A stretch of 64,000 nucleotides of DNA, taken from an uncultured Nitrososphaerales archaeon. Lineage in GTDB: Archaea; Thermoproteota; Nitrososphaeria; Nitrososphaerales; Nitrososphaeraceae. Each line of letters starts with the position of its first letter. Position 1 is the stretch's first letter. The position numbers and the translations under genes are program-made. The notes beneath the pieces are model-generated. The model worked only from the letters and a program-made list of their open reading frames with translations, ran no database searches and had not been told where the DNA came from. The stretch is from positions 384,001 through 448,000 of the forward strand of contig CAVQMO010000003.1 in assembly GCA_963713605.1 (NCBI GenBank). Reading direction: 5' to 3'. Shown piece by piece: positions 54,575-64,000 of the stretch.

Positions 54575-55195
54575 TCATTTTGGTTTGAATAAGTCATTGA
54601 AGTTCTTAAATTTCTTGATCTTCGTTACTAGGACCACAGAAGCTAACGATATTGCAAGGACTAATGCAGCGAGAGGGCCAAATTCAGGAACAATGTGTGT
54701 CCCAGTGATCTCTATCTGCTCGGATCCGTTACCGAATTCTATACTCAATATTCTTGCTTGAGTGTTGTTCATGATTTCATCATATGGTACGAACTGTCCA
54801 TCAACAAATACAGCATAAGCATCGTCCACGTTCGGCTGCTTTTTAGAGTCTATAACATTTCTAGGAAGCTCGATGGTTAATACCCCGTCAGAAACTGCCG
54901 AGATTTCAGCTGTCAGTGTTATATTATCTCTTTGGACCCACATTGCCTTCAATTGATTGTCTCCACTGATCTGGTATCTGATCTGATACGACGCATTCAC
55001 TATCTCCAACGCTATGGTATTCACCGGATAGGGAGCAGCAGTTCCGTTTAGTTCAGAGATGGTTTCATTTTCCTGTCCGTATACATTATAAGAGGAAATT
55101 CCGATAAACATGAAGAATGATAATACTACGAAGCTAGTTGAGAGAATATGATGTTGTCGTAATGATTGGACTATCGCGGCACTAGTTAAAAGCAA
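54575..55195 (-). CDS. PEFG-CTERM sorting-domain surface protein
   Basis: Signal peptide, IELPRNVID, and C-terminal VPEFG + TM helix + basic cluster. Confidence 0.88.
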   Translation of the reverse strand: MLLTSAAIVQSLRQHHILSTSFVVLSFFMFIGISSYNVYGQENETISELNGTAAPYPVNTIALEIVNASYQIRYQISGDNQLKAMWVQRDNITLTAEISAVSDGVLTIELPRNVIDSKKQPNVDDAYAVFVDGQFVPYDEIMNNTQARILSIEFGNGSEQIEITGTHIVPEFGPLAALVLAISLASVVLVTKIKKFKNFNDLFKPK

Positions 55196-55373
55196 ATTTC
55201 TCTGGTTTAGTTGAAGATAATGGCTTTAAAGTTTTGGCTCTTGGCGTTACATTTTCGCAGTAATCAGGTCCATTACTCCATTTCCTCTAATAAATCAGGT
55301 TCGTTAATGCTATCTCAGGTTACATCTAAATATGCAGCAGAAGTAGCTTTCGTATTGGAAGAAGGTCATAGGA

Positions 55374-56658
55374 ATGGAGGTTGCTGAAGGAACTAAGTTT
55401 CGAGAGTTGAGTTTGACTGACAGACTAGATCTACTTAAGAAGAATGCTTCTCTTGAGGACAGGGACATCCAATTTCTCAAGGATTCAGCGCACAGTTTGG
55501 GTTTTGATAATGTGAATAGAATGATAGAAAATGCCATTGGAGTATTTCCCGTTCCAATGGGAATTGCGACAAACTTTTTGATTAATGACATGGACTATCT
55601 CATCCCTATGGCGATAGAAGAGCCATCTGTGATTGCCGCTACAAGTAAAGCGAGCAAAAATAGCCAAACTCACTGGCGGATTTCACGCTGAACCAGATGA
55701 TTCCCTAATGATTGGTCAAATTCAAGTGATTCCATATGGTAAGCCTCATGAGGCAATTTCAAGAGAGATTCTTGAGAAAAAAGATGAATTATTTAGGATT
55801 GCCACTTCCATGGCTAGATCGTCAAAAGTAGTAGAAATAGAACTCCGAACCGTCCAAGACGAGAGCCAGCTAGGCATGGGCACCATGATCATCGTTGAAC
55901 TCATAATCAACACTCGTGATGCGATGGGTGCCAACGTAGTGAATACGATTTGCGAGGCGGTCGGACAAGCCATTGAAAGTATTACTGGTGGCAGGACGAT
56001 ATTGAAGATCCTTTCGAACTATTCGGTGCGAAGACTAGTTAGATGCAGTGCCACTTTCCCGAAAAATCAAATTGGTGGAGATATCATGGTGGAACGAATC
56101 CTATATGCGTATGCACTTGCTTATTCAGATGTCTACAGAGCTGTTACCCACAACAAAGGTATCATGAATGGCATTGATGCCGTAGCACTGGCGACCGGGC
56201 AGGACTTCCGTGCTATTGAGGCTGCGGCGCACGCTTATGCTAGTAGAGGAGGTCGTTACAGGTCATTGTCAAAGTGGTATAGGGATGAAAATGGTGATCT
56301 TGTTGGCGAATTGGAAATGCCTATGGCTGTAGGGACTGTGGGTGGAGTGACGAAGGTACATCAGATGGCTGCGACGAGCTTAAAGATTCTAAAGGTTAAT
56401 TCTTCCCAAGAACTTGCGATTGTGATCGCATCTGTGGGTCTAGCCCAGAATTTTGCAGCACTACTTGCATTGGCTTCTGAAGGGATTCAGAAGGGGCACA
56501 TGAAACTACATTCAAGAAATATTGCTTTTATGGCGGGTGCAAGAGGTGATATGATAGACATCATATCAGAGCACCTTGTCAAGGAAGAGAAAGTAAATCT
56601 ATCTAGAGCAAAGGAATTGATGGTTAAGTTCGGCCAAAATGGTCAAATCAATGATTAG
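55374..56658 (+). CDS. hmgA: HMG-CoA reductase, class II type (apparent frameshift near 55653)
   Basis: MIENAIG, PMAIEEPSV, then DAMGAN, HNKGIMNG, GTVGG and EGIQKGHM in the next frame. Confidence 0.93.
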
Positions 56659-56697
56659 ATATATACAAAGGATCTGGCATCTCCCAAGCATTTAGCC

Positions 56698-57675
56698 ATG
56701 TCTATAGTTAAGTTTGCAATTCCAAAAGGCAGTATTGAAGAGGCAACATTTAGAGTACTCGAACAAGCATGGCAGACTGTTAGTGGTCACGGACGAACAT
56801 ATCGCATCAAACTCAGTGATCCAGATATTGAAGTAAAAATACTGCGACCTCAAGAAATACCTACCTATGTTCAAGAAGGTTTCTACGATGTCGGAATAAC
56901 TGGTAAGGATTGGGTCAGAGAAGCCAACGCGTATGTTTCTCATTTACTTGATTTGGAGTATGGGCGTGTTACCCAGGTTATTGCAGTACCTGAGATTTTT
57001 CCGGTCAATAACTTATCGGAGCTGATCACAGAATTCGCGGAGAAGAAGAAGACTTTAAGGATTTCGACTGAATATCTTACGACTACTTCTTCACATATAA
57101 AATCTAATAATGCATACATTAAGTATTTTGGTGATTCTGATCCCCAGATCATTACACCATGGTTGCGTGTAGGAACGAACAAGAATGTGCAGATATTCCT
57201 TTCTTTTGGAGCGACAGAAGCTAAACCACCAGAAGATGTTGACGCGATCTTTGATATAACTGAAACAGGAACGACCATAATGCAGAACAATCTTAAGATT
57301 ATAGATACTGTGATGGAGTCATCTGCAATATTAATTGCCAATAAGACGTCATTAATGAATATAGGTAAGAGAGAAAAGATTGCAGATATGCTCGCTCTAT
57401 TGAAGGGAGTAGTTGAAGCGAGAAAAAAAGTTCACATTTTTATGAATGTTAAAGAAGAAAATATTAGTTCCATTCTTGAAAGTCTTCCCGCTCTCAAGAG
57501 GCCCACAATAAGCAATCTAAGTGAAAGCGGATGGTACAGCGTTAGCACGATAATAGACAAAAACGAATTTATCAAAATCCTTCCAATATTGCGGAAGAGA
57601 GCTCAAGGTCTTGTTGTAAGTGAACCAAGACAGATTCTCCAGCTTGACGAAATCAATATAGATGACCATTTGTAA
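56698..57675 (+). CDS. hisG: ATP phosphoribosyltransferase (long form)
   Basis: AIPKGS, RPQEIP, GATE, DITETGTT, C-terminal regulatory domain. Confidence 0.96.
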   Translation: MSIVKFAIPKGSIEEATFRVLEQAWQTVSGHGRTYRIKLSDPDIEVKILRPQEIPTYVQEGFYDVGITGKDWVREANAYVSHLLDLEYGRVTQVIAVPEIFPVNNLSELITEFAEKKKTLRISTEYLTTTSSHIKSNNAYIKYFGDSDPQIITPWLRVGTNKNVQIFLSFGATEAKPPEDVDAIFDITETGTTIMQNNLKIIDTVMESSAILIANKTSLMNIGKREKIADMLALLKGVVEARKKVHIFMNVKEENISSILESLPALKRPTISNLSESGWYSVSTIIDKNEFIKILPILRKRAQGLVVSEPRQILQLDEINIDDHL

Positions 57676-57859
57676 AATAAATTGAAGACGATGAATTATT
57701 GCAATAGCTATTCTGCTTAACGCAGACATTTTGATGCATATACTGATAGCACTATTCAATTTATGAAAACATTACGTGGTATACTAATCTATTATATTCT
57801 CACCGATTCGTGCTAGCCCATGCGAATCAATTATACATTTTAGTGGAGAGTTAAGAATA

Positions 57860-57979
57860 ATGAACAAAATCTCGAGGACTGAAGCCTCTATGTGCCTGAA
57901 CTGTGATGGTGATGTTCTCAAAACCTACATACAGTATGCTGTCAATACAATTCTCGAGGGTAAAAAGATGATGAGTTAA
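57860..57979 (+). CDS. Possible 39-aa CxxC peptide coupled to the next gene
   Basis: MNKISRTEASMCLNCDGDVLKTYIQYAVNTILEGKKMMS; its TAA overlaps the next ATG (TAATG). Confidence 0.35.
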   Translation: MNKISRTEASMCLNCDGDVLKTYIQYAVNTILEGKKMMS

Positions 57980-58632
57980 TGAACAACCTTACTTATGCCG
58001 CTGCAATACCGATAACAAATCGTATACGGCCAGTAGATAGAAAGATTAACCTACGTGCAGGACAACGGCGAGAGACAAGGTATGCTGTCTTAGTAAACGA
58101 CATGTTATATGATTTTGTTCATGGGAAATTAAGATCAAATAGAGTCTTTCGCATAATCCCAAAATTAAGTGCATTGTTAGATGCTGCGAGAGAGAAAGGT
58201 ATTCCAATTTTTTATTGTAACGATGAACACGAAATTTCCGACCCTGAAATTAAGATATGGGGTCCTCATGCCATGAAGCTTACTCCGGGATCCAAAGTGA
58301 TACACGAACTTGAACCACGATCAACTGATTTTATAGTTCCAAAAAGGAACTACGGTTCATTTGAAAATACTAATCTTGATAAGCTTTTAAGAAGCATATA
58401 TGAAGGACAAGGAGCTAATACTCTGATCATAACTGGAATACACACTCACATTTGTGTTAAACATACAGCTTATGGCGGATTTATTAGGGGATTCAATATG
58501 ATTCTACCTGAAGATTCTGTCACTGCATTCACAGAAGAAAACCATAAGTCAGGTTTACAGTACATAAAGGAGAACTACGGCGCTGCAATTAAAAGTACTT
58601 CACAGCTACGAAAAGAGCTAAAGTCATACTGA
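57979..58632 (+). CDS. Isochorismatase-family cysteine hydrolase
   Basis: VNDMLYDF, K in PKRNYGSF, GIHTHICV (D-K-C triad). Confidence 0.9.
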   Translation: MNNLTYAAAIPITNRIRPVDRKINLRAGQRRETRYAVLVNDMLYDFVHGKLRSNRVFRIIPKLSALLDAAREKGIPIFYCNDEHEISDPEIKIWGPHAMKLTPGSKVIHELEPRSTDFIVPKRNYGSFENTNLDKLLRSIYEGQGANTLIITGIHTHICVKHTAYGGFIRGFNMILPEDSVTAFTEENHKSGLQYIKENYGAAIKSTSQLRKELKSY

Positions 58633-59194
58633 TTTAATACCATATATGTATTTTTGGTTGACAGTATGCGGTTGCTAAAGAAAACTATAGCAAAGATGAA
58701 TGATTTACGTACGAAGTTATAAGGAAGGCAATAATTGTAATACAAGCGATTCAGCGTAACAAGTTAGCAACATATTTGATACAAGTTTACTAACATGCTC
58801 AAATTGGATTTGCTTGAGAACTATGATATTATTTATTAAGGTAACGATCTTGTCATCGAATATGAATTAGAATTAAGGGTGAACACAAATTCAAGATCGA
58901 ACTGGAAATATTCTGTTACAACGTGTACTAGATGTGATATGAAACCTTTTCACCTGATAAATTATATCCATTGAACAGGATAGCTCCTCCTCGTAAAAAT
59001 ATTCAAGCGAACCAAATTGAATATCGTTCTACACTTTGGTATGACTGAAAACGCTACATTATTAGACTATAGAGCAGAGAAAACAGATGAAATAGGTATG
59101 TATAGAAGTGCAGAAATTCTTTGATAAGTAATAAGGTACTAATAACTTATTTGTGTTCGATACTCTAGTTCCAAGCAAGGCGGAGTAGAATCTA

Positions 59195-60019
59195 TTACTC
59201 ACTTTGAAAGGGTTTGAAATCTATCACCCCAGAGACGTCCATTATATCTATTTCGTTAGCCATTTCTTGAGCTTCCGCAGTTTCATCATCTTCTTTCATA
59301 CACCTATTATAGAAATTGCATTTGGGACATTTCAAATTCCTCTTGGCCTGAGAGAGCCTAGGAAGGATAGACACATCGGAATGTTCAAGTGCTTTCCTGA
59401 AAAGATTTTTTCTTCTAACCATTTCGTTCCTTAATATTTCCCTAACAATATCATCTTTTGGCAGATGAACACTCCAACTTTCTATAGAGGGCCCTTTCGC
59501 ATCATGAGGCTGAAGAAAATAATCCCCCTTCGAATCACTCTTTATCCATCTCAGTTCTTTCGTGTTATACCTGATGGAAATGACTCCTCGTTCAACGCCG
59601 GTTATTACAAGATAATATAACAATTGTCGCAGATATGATCTGAACTTTTCATCAGTAATATTCAGTCTACTGAAGTTCAATGTGTCTTTAAGTTCAACAA
59701 TAGAATCGCAAGACATTATATCCGGATGCGCAAGTATTCCATCGAATTCAAGATTTGATTGGGAGACGCCTATATTTGCTAGCTGAGTTATGACAAATTC
59801 GCTAGACTCTCCTCTGATGAAATGATACATAGATTCATCAGATATCGTATCAATTTCGGGGAATCTACGTGAATAATACTGTTTTCTGATACAGGATGAA
59901 GGAATAATATCTGAAACATGCACTTCATTTTCAGAACGCCTTTTCTGATCGTATCTTGATCTTAGATTCAGTTTGAGTAGATTAGTGAATTCGTCATCTC
60001 TTCTGACTATTACAGTCAT
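59195..60019 (-). CDS. Cas4-like PD-(D/E)xK nuclease with Fe-S cysteines (solo)
   Basis: VHVSD...C.RK.YY, HPDI, IVELK, QLLYY, C-terminal CPKCNFYNRC. Confidence 0.8.
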   Translation of the reverse strand: MTVIVRRDDEFTNLLKLNLRSRYDQKRRSENEVHVSDIIPSSCIRKQYYSRRFPEIDTISDESMYHFIRGESSEFVITQLANIGVSQSNLEFDGILAHPDIMSCDSIVELKDTLNFSRLNITDEKFRSYLRQLLYYLVITGVERGVISIRYNTKELRWIKSDSKGDYFLQPHDAKGPSIESWSVHLPKDDIVREILRNEMVRRKNLFRKALEHSDVSILPRLSQAKRNLKCPKCNFYNRCMKEDDETAEAQEMANEIDIMDVSGVIDFKPFQSE

Positions 60020-60519
60020 ATCTCAGCAAGACAAGGTGTACATCGGTGCATAAAGAAATCCTCAAAATCATAATCTTTACATGACTTGGATAATTGCTGC
60101 GTTTTAGCTTGAACTGAACTTTTCATAATACTATTTTGATATCTTTGATACATTTTTGTGTTCCTATCGGATTTAGGTAAGATATTAGCTGAGTTTTGCT
60201 TCTACTGCTATCTGTCATTTTTGATGAAATAAATCCCGACAATGGTGATGATTACATTTAGTAGCCAATTGAAATGCGCACGCTAGTAAGCAATCGATTT
60301 ATAAAGAATCGATGTCATCATTGAAAATTTCATTTTACTAAACAGAAACTTGAAGTTTCCTTGATTTGACACGATAGAAAAAATCCCGTTAGGACGTCCA
60401 AACTCTACTTAACGAAGATTATCTTTTTTAGGACTTCGGAAGATATATTCCTGTGTCAATCCCTTCTAACTGCAACATTAATTGTCAGAGAATAGTAGTG
60501 ATCTAGATGGTGTTGAGAA

Positions 60520-61816
60520 TTGTTGAGAATTGTTGATGTAAAAAATGTGCAGTCAGATGTTGCAAGATTTAGGAAGTCACGTGTAACCTTATCAGATAGT
60601 ATTATAAAAAAAACAAGCGATATCATAGCGTCAGTAGTAAAGTCTGGGGATCGCGCACTCCTTAAGTATACTCAAGAGTTCGAAGGCGTTGAACTGAAAA
60701 CTCTTAGAGTGTCTGAAGACGAAATTAGCTCTGCGTTCAAAAAGGTCACCTCTTTGCAGTTGAAATCGATACATGCAATGCGAAAGAGATTGATTAAATT
60801 CGAATCAAATCTGTTTGATCATGTGAGTGGCATTGAATCACGGTTTGACCGACTGAAAATATCAAGACTACTTAGACCTATAGAAAATGTTGGTTGCTAT
60901 GTACCAGGAGGAAAAGCTAGATACCCTAGTACCTTGCTAATGTGCTGCACTCCAGCAAATGTTGCTGGAGTCAAGAGATTAGTTGTGATCACTCCGCCTC
61001 AAAAGGATGGAACTATTGATCCTCTGACCCTGGTGGCTGCTGATATCTGCAAAGTACAGGAAGTTTATAAGCTTGGAGGAGCTCAGGGAATAGCCGCACT
61101 CAGCCTTCGGAACAGAAAGCATTAGGAAAGTTGACAAGATTGTGGGACCTGGCGGTATTTTTGTAACCGCTGCCAAAAATATGGTTTCCGACAGGGTTGC
61201 AACCGATATGGTCGCTGGTCCTACAGAATTGTTGGTATTTGCTGATTCAAAATCACATCCCCGACTCGCGGCCCTTGATTTGATCTCTCAATCTGAGCAC
61301 AGTAACGACACACTCTGTGGTATGGTTACGACATCGAGACGTATGGCGATGCGAGTTAACGAAGAAATTAATATGCTGATCAGAAGCAAAGTGGGTGTCT
61401 TAAGACGCGATATAATTACGCAAAGTCTTAATGAGAATGGTTTTATTGCAATATGCAAACGAAAATCTGAAGCTATCGATTTCATAAATGAATTCGCGCC
61501 CGAGCATTTAGAGGTAATGACTGTTAACGCGGGTTCGGTAGTTAAAAAAATAAGATCTGCAGGCCTCATTCTTATAGGAAAGTACACTCCATCGGCAGCT
61601 AGTGACTATTGTCTCGGTTCAAATCATGTGTTACCTACCCTGGGATTTGCTAAGTCGCGAGCTGCTTTATCTGTCCTGGACTTTTTAAAGATGATAAGTT
61701 GCATTGAACTAAACGGAAATGGTTTAAAAAAGATTGAATCTTGTGTCAAGGAAATCACGACTGCAGAGGGATTATTTAATCATTACAAAGCGGTAGAAGG
61801 AAGGTTTTTGAAATGA
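60520..61816 (+). CDS. hisD: Histidinol dehydrogenase (apparent frameshift near 61101)
   Basis: GCYVPGG, GGAQGIAAL, then IVGPG, AGPTE, QSEH, APEHL and GSNHVLPT in a shifted frame. Confidence 0.95.
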
Positions 61817-62895
61817 CGTCAGAATGGCTCTCAAAAAGGCTGCTGGAACTATCCAGACTTGACGCCTATATCAAGCCTGCAACTCATGACAGAGTTATAA
61901 AAATGGATGCTAATGAGAATCTCGCTTTACCTCCACAGTTCCTTAATGATATTGTGTCTAAAGCAGTCTCGATGACTGACTTGAGATATTATCCCTCGGA
62001 GGAATTAGAGAAGTTCTATGAGCAGTTATCACGGTATTTGAACATAAACAAGAAGCATATTGCTGTCAGCAACGGTTCAGATCAAATCATAGAATCTTTG
62101 TTATCGACGTTAGGAAAACGGTCTAATGTTACTATTGTCGAACCCACCTTCTCATATTTCATAAACCGATGTAAATTGCATGATATATCGATTAAAAGTA
62201 TTCCTTTGAACGAAGTGGATAATAGCATTCCGTTATCAGGATTTATGAACAGTGCAAAAAAATCGAATATTGTATATATCTGTTCTCCAAATAATCCTAC
62301 GGGAAATCAGTTTGACAAAGAGACCATGCTAGACATTGTTGAATCACTGGATAACCAATTGATAATAGTTGATGAAGCATATGTAGAATTTGGGAAATAT
62401 AGTTTATCCCAATTCGTAACTAAATATAATAATTTGGTCGTTCTTCGGACTATGTCAAAAGCGTTTGGATTAGCTGGTGCCAGGATAGGGTATCTAATCT
62501 CCCAAGAGAATTTGGCAGAGATTTTTAGAACACATATTCAATCTCCTTATCCAATCAATAGTTTGTCACTAACCGTAGCCACATCTGCTTTATCCTCTTG
62601 TCAGTACTTTTTGGAGATAGTTCAATTAATCAGACAACAAAGAGACAAAATGTTTCTAAGCCTTAGTAAAATGCAAGGAATCAAACCCTTCCGATCGGAA
62701 GCAAATTTTGTCTTTTTTGAATCTTTTGATTTATACGACTCAATTCAAGAAGAGCTTAGGCGTGAATTGATATCAATTAAGGCTCTAGGTAATATTTGTG
62801 GATATAGAGGGTGCTTTAGGGTTACAGTGGGTACTCAAAAAATGAATGATAAATTCATCGGCTCGATGCGAAACATCATGTCGAAGGATGGATAA
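61813..62895 (+). CDS. hisC: Histidinol-phosphate aminotransferase
   Basis: DANEN, NGSDQ, SPNNPTG, DEAY, RTMSKAFGLAGARIG. Confidence 0.94.
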   Translation: MTSEWLSKRLLELSRLDAYIKPATHDRVIKMDANENLALPPQFLNDIVSKAVSMTDLRYYPSEELEKFYEQLSRYLNINKKHIAVSNGSDQIIESLLSTLGKRSNVTIVEPTFSYFINRCKLHDISIKSIPLNEVDNSIPLSGFMNSAKKSNIVYICSPNNPTGNQFDKETMLDIVESLDNQLIIVDEAYVEFGKYSLSQFVTKYNNLVVLRTMSKAFGLAGARIGYLISQENLAEIFRTHIQSPYPINSLSLTVATSALSSCQYFLEIVQLIRQQRDKMFLSLSKMQGIKPFRSEANFVFFESFDLYDSIQEELRRELISIKALGNICGYRGCFRVTVGTQKMNDKFIGSMRNIMSKDG

Positions 62896-62929
62896 AACTG
62901 TCTCACTCACCGGGTTTCTTTAATGGAGG

Positions 62930-63883
62930 GTGTGTAAGTTCTACAAGAAGAATATAGATGGCATCCTCTTTGATGTGGACGGAGTTCTGATAGACACTAG
63001 ACTCTCGTACAATCTTGCCATCAAGAAAACGGTCAAACATGTTCTCGACATATTGAATAGAGCCAAGACAATCCAGTCCGTATCAGACAATATCCTTCTT
63101 AAAATGCGTCGAACTGGAGGTTTTAATAACGATACTGATACTACTTATGCCCTGATTCTTACTTTACTTGTAAGTCAGATCACGAGCACGAAAGAATTGG
63201 AAAGCCTTCTATTTGGTGCAACCAATAATATTGATGCAAGAGGGATAATTTCTGTAGAGAGGTATCTATCGAGACTCTATTCTAGAGCTACGGTAGAGAA
63301 AATAAAACACAAGTTGAACTATCCTGGACCTGTTGGCCAGAGTATTGTGACAACTGTTTTTGATGAAGTTTTTTACGGAGCAGAATTACTTAACCGAAGA
63401 TACGGTATTTATCCTAAATACTATTTTGGTGACGGTCTAATTAACAATGAAAAGATTGTGATTACCAGGGATACTGGAAGATTCCTGTTAAGTAGATTCA
63501 ACAATAGTATTGGAGTTGTTTCAGGGAGGAGTAAATTGGCCTTTGAGCATTCTCTTCAAGGATTATTATCAACCTTTAACAAAGAAGCATGCATTTTTTT
63601 GGAAGACGAACCAAGAAAAAATGCAAAGCCTAATCCTTTTGGAATTAGAAAAGCTATGAAACGAATGCTCACAAAGCATGCTATATACGTAGGTGATTCC
63701 GTAGAGGATATAGTTATGGTGGAAAAGGCGAAAGAGGAGATGGGGCTAGATGTTGAATTCATTGGAGTATATGGATCGAGTGCTAAGCCTATGGAAACTA
63801 GGAAAGATCTAAAGCAGAATGGTGCGGAGATAGTATTAAGGAGCGTCAATAAACTGCCAATTATATTAAATAAAGTAATGTGA
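62930..63883 (+). CDS. HAD-superfamily hydrolase (candidate histidinol-phosphate phosphatase)
   Basis: FDVDGVLID, GGFNND, SGR, KPNP, YVGDSVED; lies between hisC and hisB. Confidence 0.85.
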   Translation: MCKFYKKNIDGILFDVDGVLIDTRLSYNLAIKKTVKHVLDILNRAKTIQSVSDNILLKMRRTGGFNNDTDTTYALILTLLVSQITSTKELESLLFGATNNIDARGIISVERYLSRLYSRATVEKIKHKLNYPGPVGQSIVTTVFDEVFYGAELLNRRYGIYPKYYFGDGLINNEKIVITRDTGRFLLSRFNNSIGVVSGRSKLAFEHSLQGLLSTFNKEACIFLEDEPRKNAKPNPFGIRKAMKRMLTKHAIYVGDSVEDIVMVEKAKEEMGLDVEFIGVYGSSAKPMETRKDLKQNGAEIVLRSVNKLPIILNKVM

Positions 63884-63897
63884 ATACTTGATCGCAT

Positions 63898-64000
63898 TTG
63901 ATTGAAGAAAGTAAGCATGAAAGGATTGGTGAAACTACTCGCTCCACTAAAGAAACAAATATCAAAGTTACAGTCAATCTAGACGGATCAGGAAAAGCGA
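63898..64000 (+). CDS. hisB: Imidazoleglycerol-phosphate dehydratase, 5' fragment cut by window end
   Basis: TTG start; RSTKETNIKVTVNLDGSGK is the HisB N-terminal signature. Confidence 0.85.
   Translation, partial: MIEESKHERIGETTRSTKETNIKVTVNLDGSGKA

Noticed and set aside
58700..59150. Possible decayed gene next to the Cas4-like gene
   Set aside because: Only short interrupted frames with no recognisable homology.

Overview
Core-genome segment of an ammonia-oxidising archaeon (Nitrososphaerota/Thaumarchaeota, probably Nitrososphaeraceae-like). This is inferred from a PEFG-CTERM protein, a Zn-containing ferredoxin, aIF2 beta/gamma, S6e/S19e/S27e/L44e, two thermosome subunits, grpE-dnaK-dnaJ, a cobalamin cluster (cobD-cbiP-cbiB-cobS-cobY), smc, hmgA and a his cluster. 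No rRNA, CRISPR array or transposase is seen. The most interesting part is about 1.2-11 kb. There the rps6e-aIF2gamma-PIN gene order is split by a ~7.6 kb block with THUMP, a bacterial-type PGK, a 41-bp tandem repeat, an MJ1316/DUF504 protein, two tRNA genes that each appear to carry two introns, an unannotated 23-aa Lys-rich microprotein and a 4xCBS-HPF-like fusion (candidate ribosome hibernation factor). Other items are a solo Cas4-like nuclease islet inside the his cluster, a Get3d-like ATPase, a CbiP lacking its glutaminase domain, and an identical 28-nt leader on both thermosome genes. Seven conserved genes carry single-base frameshifts, most likely sequencing errors. All calls come from reading the sequence and recalling family motifs; no database search was run.
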